Source: Candidatus Iainarchaeum sp. (GTDB lineage Archaea; Iainarchaeota; Iainarchaeia; Iainarchaeales; DTGL01). Taken from it: a stretch of DNA of 21,598 nt. Below are positions 1 through 7,594 of the stretch, piece after piece. Position numbers and translations under genes: made by a program. Below the pieces are notes generated by a model, which did no database searches, was not told where the DNA came from, and worked only from the letters and a program-made list of their open reading frames with translations. The DNA lies in NCBI GenBank assembly GCA_038736825.1, contig JAVYME010000022.1, positions 1 to 21,598 on the forward strand. Reading direction: 5' to 3'. How positions within the stretch are numbered: the stretch's first letter is position 1; the number at the start of each line of letters is the position of its first letter.

Positions 1-721
1 TTTCTGCTGGATAAAGGCATAAATAGTTTAGTTCTCCCTTAAAAGAAGGCACTATTTTTGTCAGCTCGTTTGAGTATTCTGTCTTAAAACCAGCTCTTTC
101 TTCCAAAACCTCTTCTTTTATTTTTAAATGTCGTTCTGGGTCGAACAAGAAATAACCGCTCACTCTTTTTGTTCCAAAAGAATCTGCTTGCACGCCGTCA
201 AAGGTTATTTTCAAGCACTGGAATTGCGTGTCTTCGTTTGCAAAAACGGTTTCTCCGGAAAGCTTGTACTCTATGCCTTCAAACTCCCAAGAATCGCCAA
301 TTTTGACTTTTTTTTCTGGTAAGTGAAAGGAAATTGCAGAGAGTTGTCCGTATTCCACGTTGCCATCACTGTGAAATTTAACTATTGCTTTTTTTTCGGG
401 ATAGGAAAGGGAAAGGCAAAGGTTTTCATTGCCAGCATTCAAGTTTTTGGCTTCAAGCATTAAGATTTTTAGTTCTGAAATTTTTTCTCCAGCGTTTTTT
501 ACCAAGGTTGCTGTGTGAAGTTCTCTTTCAAGTTTTGCTCCAGAGGAATCAGTGTAGGCAATCCTTGTCTTTTGGAACAAGGCACTGCCTTCTTCAAAGG
601 AAAAATAAAGCAGGAATTCTTTTTCTTGGTTTTTTTCTTTTGGCTGGATAGTGCAGCCCAGCAAAAAAATGCCAGCTGAAAGCAAGCAAAACAAGCAAAA
701 AGCATTCAAAACTTTTCCCAA
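1..721 (-). CDS. putative secreted lipoprotein, 3'-partial (C-terminus lies beyond the window start)
   Basis: This gene is missing from the ORF track because no stop codon falls inside the window. I checked the minus-strand frame triplet by triplet (plus-strand triplets 2-4, 5-7 ... 719-721) and found no tta/cta/tca, so it is open for 240 codons. The start is TTG at 721, with GGTGG 4 nt upstream. The N-terminus MGKVLNAFCLFCLLSAGIFLLGC reads as a signal peptide plus lipobox (LLG|C). Track ORF 499..705(-) is another frame across the same start region. Plus-strand ORFs 128..322 and 385..651 are antisense shadows. Confidence 0.6.
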   Translation of the reverse strand, partial: MGKVLNAFCLFCLLSAGIFLLGCTIQPKEKNQEKEFLLYFSFEEGSALFQKTRIAYTDSSGAKLERELHTATLVKNAGEKISELKILMLEAKNLNAGNENLCLSLSYPEKKAIVKFHSDGNVEYGQLSAISFHLPEKKVKIGDSWEFEGIEYKLSGETVFANEDTQFQCLKITFDGVQADSFGTKRVSGYFLFDPERHLKIKEEVLEERAGFKTEYSNELTKIVPSFKGELNYLCLYPAE

Positions 722-764
722 AAAACCACCAAAAAGGCATTAAAGCCAAATATTGTTCCCCAAA

Positions 765-1457
765 TCACTTTTTAATTTTTTTCAATGACTCTGAGAGAAC
801 CGCGATTATGGCTCTTAGCTCTTTTTCTGTTGCAGGCGACCTGGAAACAACATGCTTGAAGGAGTTGACTACTGCCTTTAAGTCCCTTATTTTGCCAGTG
901 GATTCAGCCAGTTCTGAAAAAACACTGATTGTTGCAATTCTTGTCCTGCGCCCTGCAACATAAAAAAGTTTTTTTGGTTTTTTCCTGAAAAGCTCGTAAA
1001 AAACAATTGCTGCTGCATGTGATACGTTCAAGACAGGGTTTTTCTTGCTTGCCGGGATTGAAACCACAAAATCGCATTTTTCTATTTCGCTGTTGGAAAG
1101 CCCGATTGATTCTCTGCCGAAAACCAGGGCAATTTTTGCCTTGGTTCCAGAATATTTTTCTGCAAGAAATTCTGGCGAAACAGCCTTTCTCTTGCAGCCA
1201 GGGCTTTTTGAGGTTTTTGAAGTAGTTGCAACAGAAACATCAGCCAACGCCAGTGCTTTCTCTAGGGATTCAAAAATTTTTGCTCTTTTGAGGATTTCTC
1301 TTGCATGCATTGCCCTGCTCAAAGCCTTTTCGCTTTCCTTGTCGGCTTTTGGGCTGACCAGCACTAGTTTTTTCAAGCCAAAATTTTTCATGGCTCTTGC
1401 CACAAGTCCGAGGTTTTCCTCGTATTCGCATCCTACAAGGACAACAATGGCTTGCAT
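765..1457 (-). CDS. SpoU/TrmH-family RNA 2'-O-methyltransferase (TrmJ-like)
   Basis: Track ORF 765..1541, trimmed to the ATG at 1457 (MQAIVVLVGCEYEENLGLVARAMKNFG...), which is the typical SpoU N-terminus. SPOUT motifs are present: ALVFGRESIGLSNSE and SIPASKKNPVLNVSHAAAIVFYEL. The stop is TGA at 765-767. Confidence 0.75.
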   Translation of the reverse strand: MQAIVVLVGCEYEENLGLVARAMKNFGLKKLVLVSPKADKESEKALSRAMHAREILKRAKIFESLEKALALADVSVATTSKTSKSPGCKRKAVSPEFLAEKYSGTKAKIALVFGRESIGLSNSEIEKCDFVVSIPASKKNPVLNVSHAAAIVFYELFRKKPKKLFYVAGRRTRIATISVFSELAESTGKIRDLKAVVNSFKHVVSRSPATEKELRAIIAVLSESLKKIKK

Positions 1458-1575
1458 TAAAGGCTTGGCAAGCGTAAGAATTTTATTTGTTGGAGTGCAA
1501 AAGCCGCTTTTTAACCCGAAACGCAGTGCAAGAAAAACCATAAGGATTATATTTGGCTGAGTCTTATTTTATAAG

Positions 1576-2934
1576 ATGCCAAAATTGTCTTTTTATGCAA
1601 AAGCGTTTTTTTTGTGCCTTGCTTTTTCTTTGGCACTCCATCCAGGCTTTTGCTTGAATGAACGGGCTTTTTTTGCCTATGAATGTGATGCAACCGATAT
1701 CTCCAATTTCATTTCAAGCGAAATGAATGTGCTGGAATCAGGGGAAACAGTTGGCAACATAATCGGCATAACCAAAGACAAAGAACTGTATTGTGTCTCT
1801 CAAATTGTTTCAAAGGGAAAAACCACTGGGTATGTTGCGGTAAGCGGTGGTGAAAGCCAGATAGTGACAGATGAAACCTTGAACAAGCGCCTTTTCCAGA
1901 CAACAGAATTCATAGCACAATACCAGCAATTCAAAAAAAGCATTTCAGACAAAGCCATGCCCTGGTTTATAGCAAAATGGAATTATATTGGCACTATTTC
2001 AGTGAAAATTTCCAGTGAAACCCTTGACTTGGACCTCATAAGAAGCATGCTTAAAAGCAGCAAAAGCCAGTCAATAGTTTCAGAAATGGATTCAAAGCTG
2101 TCGCAAATCAGCACAGCATTGAATGTCTTGAAAAACAAAATGAGTGCTACTGAAAACCTTGAAAGCACTTTTATCACTAAACCTGCTTTGGGCGGCGAAA
2201 AAGCCTTAAAGGAGGCAATAGTGGAATGCTATGCTTATCTTTCCCAGCTCCACCAACTCAACCTTGAATACGCTGAACTTCAAAAAAAGCTGAGGATTGA
2301 AATTGCTGACGAGCCAGAGCTTTCAATAGAGGCAAAACAGCAACTCAACAAGGCAGCAGAACTGCCAGAAGAATTTGGCAGCATAGAACAATGGTATCAA
2401 AGCACTGAAAACATGGCTTTGCAGAAAACAATGGAAACAATTTCAATTAATGCCTCTTCTGCCTCGGCAGAGTTCGCCAAAAGAGTGGCAGTAATGCTCA
2501 AAAGGGACACAGTGTTCAAATCCCTTTATGCTGTTGACACAGACCTTAAAAAGAAAACCGATGGCAATTTTGCATCGCTTAAAGAGGCATTTGAAAAAAT
2601 GACCAGCGAGCAAGCAAAAGATCTCTGGAAAGACCAGCAAAGGCTAAAACAGTTCTCTGATGAATGGACTGCAGCAGAAGAAAAATTCAAGGCACGCGAT
2701 TACGACAAGGCTCTTGAATGGGCAAAAAAAGCCAAGGCAAGCGCGATTGCAGTATATTCAGCAGGGCTTGAACCACTGCCATCAGATGGCATAAACTATG
2801 AGCTCCTTATTTCCGCTGCTGTTATAATCATTTTTATCATTATAATTCTTTACATTGTAAAAAACCGGAAAAAGCTGCTCTCTTTTGTCAGTGGCTCGGA
2901 GGAAGAGGAAAAGGTTGTCTTTGATGGAATATAA
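1576..2934 (+). CDS. hypothetical secreted, C-terminally membrane-anchored coiled-coil protein
   Basis: 452-aa ORF with an ATG start. It has an N-terminal hydrophobic signal-like segment (FFLCLAFSLALHPGFC), a long helical/charged middle region, one C-terminal TM helix (LLISAAVIIIFIIIILYIV) and a short charged tail. I recognise no family. Confidence 0.6.
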   Translation: MPKLSFYAKAFFLCLAFSLALHPGFCLNERAFFAYECDATDISNFISSEMNVLESGETVGNIIGITKDKELYCVSQIVSKGKTTGYVAVSGGESQIVTDETLNKRLFQTTEFIAQYQQFKKSISDKAMPWFIAKWNYIGTISVKISSETLDLDLIRSMLKSSKSQSIVSEMDSKLSQISTALNVLKNKMSATENLESTFITKPALGGEKALKEAIVECYAYLSQLHQLNLEYAELQKKLRIEIADEPELSIEAKQQLNKAAELPEEFGSIEQWYQSTENMALQKTMETISINASSASAEFAKRVAVMLKRDTVFKSLYAVDTDLKKKTDGNFASLKEAFEKMTSEQAKDLWKDQQRLKQFSDEWTAAEEKFKARDYDKALEWAKKAKASAIAVYSAGLEPLPSDGINYELLISAAVIIIFIIIILYIVKNRKKLLSFVSGSEEEEKVVFDGI

Positions 2935-3784
2935 AACTCTTTTCTTGTTTTTTGCAATTTCATTTTTTTGCAGTAGTGCTCTTGCGGAAATAAGCGCCAG
3001 CATAAGGCCCAAATCAAACCAAGAGGTTTTAGAATTATACCCTTTTGAGAGCGGAATTCTCGTGGCTTCTTTCAGGAACAATGGTGACACTCCTGAAACC
3101 AACATTTCAGTCAAGTGGGAGGCCGGTGAAGGGCTTGCCATTTGCAATAACACTAGCGGTTCTTCGGATTACTTTGTTTCAACAATTAACAGCTTGCTTC
3201 CAGGGGAGGAAAAGCGTTTTGAGGTGAAGGTGAAGCCTGTTGCTCAAAGAAGTGCTGCAAGAGGCAAAATGCTTGTTTCAGTATTGTATGGCAAGGGTTC
3301 TTATGATTATTATGCTGGCACGCATGTGCAATTGCGAGAGCCTGTTTTGCAGTTTGATGCTTCACTTGATGGAAAAAAACTCAAGCCTGGCTCTCAGGGA
3401 AGCGTGTGGTTTTCATTGAAAAATGTTTCTGAAAGCGAAATAAGGGTGAAAAATGCAAGGCTTGTCCTGCCAAGCTATTTTTATGAAGGCGGCAAAGCCG
3501 GCATTGGAACAACAGTGCTTGCCTCAGGCGGCAAAACAGAGGGGAAACTTGAATTTGGAACAGAAAAAAACTGTTCAGGGGAGAACACTATTGTTTTGGT
3601 GGTGGAATTTGATGATGCTTTTGGCCTGCATTCTCTTGAAAAGGACTTCAATGTTGAGTGCAGGACTCCAGAGTACGGTTTGCTGCCATATATTGCGCTA
3701 GTGGTGTTATTGATTATTTTTTTGTTTTATGTGAAGCAAAGGGAATTTGAAAAAAAGAAGTCGCAGTCAAAGGGCAAGGCATGA
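2924..3784 (+). CDS. hypothetical secreted beta-rich protein with C-terminal TM anchor
   Basis: Track ORF 2885..3784 begins at a TTG. I prefer the ATG at 2924, which gives MEYKTLFLFFAISFFCSSALA| as a signal peptide. The C-terminus has a TM helix (LLPYIALVVLLIIFLFYV) and a basic tail. It overlaps the upstream gene by 11 nt, so the two are probably co-transcribed. Confidence 0.6.
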   Translation: MEYKTLFLFFAISFFCSSALAEISASIRPKSNQEVLELYPFESGILVASFRNNGDTPETNISVKWEAGEGLAICNNTSGSSDYFVSTINSLLPGEEKRFEVKVKPVAQRSAARGKMLVSVLYGKGSYDYYAGTHVQLREPVLQFDASLDGKKLKPGSQGSVWFSLKNVSESEIRVKNARLVLPSYFYEGGKAGIGTTVLASGGKTEGKLEFGTEKNCSGENTIVLVVEFDDAFGLHSLEKDFNVECRTPEYGLLPYIALVVLLIIFLFYVKQREFEKKKSQSKGKA

Positions 3785-3791
3785 ATTTTTT

Positions 3792-4940
3792 TCAACAATA
3801 TATTTCGACTATGTCGCCTGTTTTGAGCACGAAATCTCTTGCAACCCTTTGCCCTGGATATTTGGAGCTTCCCCAAACCCTTGCATACTTGAAGTTTTTT
3901 TCAAAGTCTTGGTGGAGGCAGCGAGCTGCATCGCCGACTGTTGAACCTAATGGCAAGGCCATTGGTTTGTCTGCTTGCTTTTCGCCTGGTTTTTTTGTGA
4001 ATACAAGGACTCTTTCAAGCATTGCAAAAAATTTGTCAACCAGCTCGTTTTTTTGTTTTTCATCAAGCGAGTTCACTTGCAAGAAGTCCATTTCCTTTGC
4101 AACCATTTCAATGTCTTCCTGGCTTGCCTTGAAGCCGTTTTTTTCCACTATTATTGCCATTGCTCTTTTGTTGACTGTTTTGGAGGAGAGCAGTGTTTCT
4201 ACATCCCTGAGCACTGCATTCCTGTGAAACACTATTGTTACATTTGAAAGCCCTCTTTTTCTGAGAAAAGCCTTTAATTCGTTCAAGTCTTCCTTGTAAA
4301 AAGCCGGATTGACTATTGAGATTCCCAAAAACTTGGATTTTTCAATTGAAAGCGGGTTTTTTTCAGCATTCAATTCTATTTCTGCATTGGCAAATTCTTT
4401 TTTGAGTGTGAGGAATTCACTGCAAAGGGTGGAAGCATTGAGAACCAGTGCCACTGCATCACTGTTCCTTATAAGCCCGAAAAGCTCTCTTCCCATTGCC
4501 TTTCCACTGCAACTGCCTTCTATTATTGGCGGGATTTCAACCAGTTGAATGCGCGCGTTCATGAAGTCAATCATTCCCACTTGTGGGGTTTTTGTGGTGA
4601 AGGGGTAATCCGCTATTTCAACTTCCACGTTTGTGAGGGCTTTAAGAATGGTGCTTTTGCCAGAATTCGGCATTCCCACTAGAACGATTTGCCCTATTCC
4701 TTCTTTTTTTATTGCAGTGGAGCGCGCTGATGCTTTCTTTCTTTGTTCCTCGTTTTTTTCTATTTTTTCCCTTGTTTTTTTTATTTTTTTGCTGATTTCT
4801 GCTCGGAGTTTTTCTGCACCCTTGTGGTCTGGAGCGGTTCGCTGCATTTCAAGGAGTGCTGCCAGTTGTTCTTCTGGAGTGCGTGCTTCCTGGTAGCGTT
4901 TTTCCGCTTGAGCGTATTCCACTGTGACATTGGTTGGCAT
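3792..4940 (-). CDS. DRG-family (archaeal/eukaryotic Drg/Rbg-type) P-loop GTPase-like protein with C-terminal TGS domain
   Basis: The architecture is a helical K/E-rich N-terminus, P-loop GMPNSGKST, switch I YPFTT, IQLVEIPPIIEG aligning to Drg IQLLDxPGIIEGA, an inserted domain, and a C-terminal TGS-like region (VLVFTKKPGEK...FKYARVWGSS...GDIVEI). The start is ATG. Confidence 0.85.
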   Translation of the reverse strand: MPTNVTVEYAQAEKRYQEARTPEEQLAALLEMQRTAPDHKGAEKLRAEISKKIKKTREKIEKNEEQRKKASARSTAIKKEGIGQIVLVGMPNSGKSTILKALTNVEVEIADYPFTTKTPQVGMIDFMNARIQLVEIPPIIEGSCSGKAMGRELFGLIRNSDAVALVLNASTLCSEFLTLKKEFANAEIELNAEKNPLSIEKSKFLGISIVNPAFYKEDLNELKAFLRKRGLSNVTIVFHRNAVLRDVETLLSSKTVNKRAMAIIVEKNGFKASQEDIEMVAKEMDFLQVNSLDEKQKNELVDKFFAMLERVLVFTKKPGEKQADKPMALPLGSTVGDAARCLHQDFEKNFKYARVWGSSKYPGQRVARDFVLKTGDIVEIYC

Positions 4941-4977
4941 AATGAGTAGTTTTTAGAAAGAAAAATGGTTAAAAGAA

Positions 4978-5562
4978 TTAACGGAAAACCTTGAAAACCG
5001 CTAGTTCTTCAAAAAAAAGCTTTTGCCTTGCAATAATGCAGTGCTTGAAGCCAAGCGAGGAGATTTTTCCTTTAATAAAATCAAAGCGGTTAAGGGAACT
5101 GCAAACAAAAAAGCATTTTCCTTTTTTTTCAAGGTGGAATGGCATTTCGTGCAAGAATTCGAGCAAAACTTCGTTTCCGTTTCGCCCGCCCAAGACAGAG
5201 CGGTCTTTTCTTTTGTTGCCTGGAATATAGGGTGGATTGAAAACAATGAGTTGGAATTTTTCGCTTATGTTGGAGAAAAGATTGCTTTTTTTTGCAGAGA
5301 TTTTGCTTGCGAGCCCGAGCCTTTTCGCGTTTTCCAAAGTGTTTTTTACTGCATTGCGGTTAATGTCTGCCGCTAAAACGCTTGCTCCCTGGAGTGCTAG
5401 GTTGATTGACTGGATTCCGCAACCGCATCCCAAATCCAAGGCTTTAATCCCCTTTCTTGTTTTAATGTTTTCCGCTAAAAGGAATGAATCCTCTTGTGGT
5501 TCGTAGACTGATGGGAAAACCAAGAGCTCTGTTTCCCTGAAAAAGGCTCTTTTTAGCTCCAT
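4978..5562 (-). CDS. HemK/Mtq2-type N5-glutamine (release factor) methyltransferase
   Basis: Motifs present: VYEPQEDSFLLAEN, SAM-binding ALDLGCGCGIQS and catalytic FNPPY. The track ORF extends to 5601. The ATG at 5562 (MELKRAFF...) avoids overlapping the divergent tatD start. The choice between the two starts remains uncertain. Confidence 0.72.
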   Translation of the reverse strand: MELKRAFFRETELLVFPSVYEPQEDSFLLAENIKTRKGIKALDLGCGCGIQSINLALQGASVLAADINRNAVKNTLENAKRLGLASKISAKKSNLFSNISEKFQLIVFNPPYIPGNKRKDRSVLGGRNGNEVLLEFLHEMPFHLEKKGKCFFVCSSLNRFDFIKGKISSLGFKHCIIARQKLFFEELAVFKVFR

Positions 5563-5568
5563 GAATAA

Positions 5569-5593
5569 ATTGAAAAAGAATTTCTTTTTCAAT
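5569..5593. promoter_or_regulatory. perfect 25-bp palindrome centred in the 37-bp divergent intergenic region (HemK-like / tatD)
   Basis: ATTGAAAAAGAA-T-TTCTTTTTCAAT has 12-bp arms around one central base. It lies between the ATG at 5562 (minus strand) and the ATG at 5600 (plus strand). Confidence 0.45.
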
Positions 5594-5599
5594 CCTTCC

Positions 5600-6334
5600 A
5601 TGTTTTTTGACGCACACTGTCATTTAAACGAATTTCAAGCGCCAGAAAAAGAAATAATTGAGTGCAGAAAGGCAAAAGTCGCTCTCATTGCCTCGAATTC
5701 TGTTGACTTGGATTCAATGCAAAAAAACCTTTTGCTGGTTGAAAAGTTTCCAGAAGTCAAGTGCGCGCTTGGATTGCATCCCAGCAACCTTTTGAGAATG
5801 AATGAAAAGGAAGCAATTGAAAGCGTAAAGTTTATTGAAAAAAACATTGAATTGGCTTCAGCTGTTGGCGAAATAGGGCTTGATTACAAGCACGCTGATT
5901 GCCCAAAGAAAAAGGAAAGGCAGAAAAAATTCTTTGAACAACAGCTTGAAATAGCGGAAAGAAATGGAAAACCAGTAATTGTCCATTCAAGAATGGCCGC
6001 AAAGGATTGCATTGCCTTGCTTCAAAACCATGAATGCAAGGCATTGATGCACTGGTTTTCAGGCTCAAAAGAAGAACTTGAAGAAGCAGTCCGCCTTGGC
6101 GCTTTTTTCTCAATAGGACCAGCTGTAGAGTTCAGCCAAGAAATCCGGGCAATTGCAAGGATTATTCCAGCAGAAAGACTGCTTTCTGAAACAGACGCGC
6201 CTGTTTCATTTCAAGGCAAAAGTTCTGCACCGCACTGGATTCCGCGAGTGGTGAAGGCAATCGCAGCCGCCAGGGGCGAAGAAAAAAGGCAGATTGTCCT
6301 GCAAATAGAAAAAAACTTCAAAAATTTTTTTTGA
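5600..6334 (+). CDS. tatD: TatD-family metal-dependent hydrolase (DNase)
   Basis: MFFDAHCHL (HxH motif) starts at the ATG at 5600. Other TatD motifs are GEIGLDY, PVIVHSR, HWFSG and SETDAP. The track ORF start at 5561 adds 13 residues that mirror the palindrome described in the findings. Confidence 0.85.
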   Translation: MFFDAHCHLNEFQAPEKEIIECRKAKVALIASNSVDLDSMQKNLLLVEKFPEVKCALGLHPSNLLRMNEKEAIESVKFIEKNIELASAVGEIGLDYKHADCPKKKERQKKFFEQQLEIAERNGKPVIVHSRMAAKDCIALLQNHECKALMHWFSGSKEELEEAVRLGAFFSIGPAVEFSQEIRAIARIIPAERLLSETDAPVSFQGKSSAPHWIPRVVKAIAAARGEEKRQIVLQIEKNFKNFF

Positions 6335-6398
6335 ACAGCAAATTGCAGGAAAGGAATAGAATTAAAAAGAAATCTTGCCCTTTTTTTTAAGAATTTTT

Positions 6399-6902
6399 AT
6401 GATTCTGGAAATTTTAGGCCTTCTTGCGATCTCATTGCTTTTGGGAAACGCTTACCTTTATTTTTATTCAAACAGCAATGGGCACAAATACAACGGCTAT
6501 GAGGCTGGTCAAGCCGAGGAATGGGAGCGCTCTATTTTAAAATTGCAGGAAAAGGACTCTGAATTTGAAAAAAGAATTCTGGCGCAAGAGGAAAAGGTTT
6601 CAAGGCAGATAAGCGATCTTAGCAATAGCCTGGCAAGTGTTCAGGCAAAAACAGAGGATTCCATTAAAAGGATTGAAAAACTTGAATCCATTGTTGTGGG
6701 CGGAACTGCAAATTCTGAAAGCGGTTCTCTTTTAGCGCACAAGCTTGCAAGGCTTGAAGATTTTAGAAGGAATGCAACTATTGAACTTGAGGCAATAAAG
6801 GAACTTTTTCCTGAATTAAAGAAGAAAAAGGCTGTAACCCCCGACCCAGAGCTTGAGCAAAAAATCCATTCCCTTTTGTTCAGGGGAAAATCCAGCAAAT
6901 GA
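6399..6902 (+). CDS. hypothetical single-pass membrane protein with coiled-coil ectodomain/cytoplasmic domain
   Basis: The track ORF starts at a TTG (6375). The ATG at 6399 gives MILEILGLLAISLLLGNAYLYFY (a TM helix), followed by a heptad-like charged region. I recognise no family. Confidence 0.5.
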   Translation: MILEILGLLAISLLLGNAYLYFYSNSNGHKYNGYEAGQAEEWERSILKLQEKDSEFEKRILAQEEKVSRQISDLSNSLASVQAKTEDSIKRIEKLESIVVGGTANSESGSLLAHKLARLEDFRRNATIELEAIKELFPELKKKKAVTPDPELEQKIHSLLFRGKSSK

Positions 6903-6907
6903 AGAAA

Positions 6908-7594
6908 TCAATCACTGTTTTTCCAGGTTTTTCTCTTGCCCTTGTCACCGGATTTTTCCCTTGCGGCTTTTGCAATAACGCTGGCTGCGCCAACCACTGG
7001 ATTTAGGTCATCTCCCTTGACCATAAAGCCAAAGCCATTGCAGCCTTTCAAGGGCTTTCCGTCAACAAGAACCGGCCATTCATTGAACGGATTCAATGAA
7101 AAGGCTATTCCCTTGACGGCTTTTGCTTGTAGGTCGTCAACAGTGATTCCTTTTTTTCTTGATAAGTCAACAAATTCTGAGGAAAATTCGACTGTTGCAA
7201 TTGCAAGAGCGTTTTGTGATACAATTTCTGCTTTGTCAAAAACATTGGATGTCTTTTTGCTGTCCCGCAATTCCCTTAACCTGTTTTTGTCGCCCAGCAC
7301 TCCTGCCACTATCAGGGGGCCAAAGCCTTCGCCTCTGCCGACTTCATCTATGCCGAGCAGGATTTCTTTTTCAATGCAAAGTTTTGAAAGGACAAGCTCT
7401 TTGATTTTTTCTTCGTTTTCGCCTTGCACGACGAGTTTGCCGGTGGAGTAAAGGGTTATAGTGGAATTTGAAGTCTTCCAGCGGGCTTCTTCAAAAGGAG
7501 CAGTGGTTGCAGCCCTTTCAAAGGCTGAAAAAATTTCTTTGATTTTTTCTTTTTCGCTTTTGTCAAAGTTGAGTGTGAGCGCCAAAGGCTTCAC
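6908..7594 (-). CDS. RNase HII-type ribonuclease core fused to an RNase HIII-like N-terminal (DUF3378/TBP-like) domain
   Basis: The catalytic core has GIDEVGRGEGFGPLIVAGV, RDSKK, VLVDG and KGDDLNPVVGAASVIAKAARE, matching archaeal RNase HII GIDEAGRG / RDSKK / KADD..VSAASILAK. The N-terminal ~75 aa contain ITLYSTGKLVVQG, as in the RNase HIII N-domain (VTAYESGKVMFQG). The start is GTG at 7594 and overlaps the upstream stop (GTGA). Confidence 0.65.
   Translation of the reverse strand: MKPLALTLNFDKSEKEKIKEIFSAFERAATTAPFEEARWKTSNSTITLYSTGKLVVQGENEEKIKELVLSKLCIEKEILLGIDEVGRGEGFGPLIVAGVLGDKNRLRELRDSKKTSNVFDKAEIVSQNALAIATVEFSSEFVDLSRKKGITVDDLQAKAVKGIAFSLNPFNEWPVLVDGKPLKGCNGFGFMVKGDDLNPVVGAASVIAKAAREKSGDKGKRKTWKNSD

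Noticed and set aside
499-705. 68-aa minus-strand ORF with a hydrophobic N-terminus that looks like a small secreted peptide
   Set aside because: It is an alternative frame over the start of the much longer lipoprotein gene (1..721). That frame stays open for 240 codons and carries a proper lipobox and SD, whereas the 68-aa frame becomes K-rich nonsense and stops.
1045-1560. 171-aa plus-strand ORF
   Set aside because: It is an antisense shadow of the well-supported SpoU methyltransferase gene and has low-complexity S/L/F-rich content. The same reasoning applies to 6936..7451 (+), 20220..20651 (+), 20817..21101 (+), 21105..21539 (+) and 16683..17528 (-).
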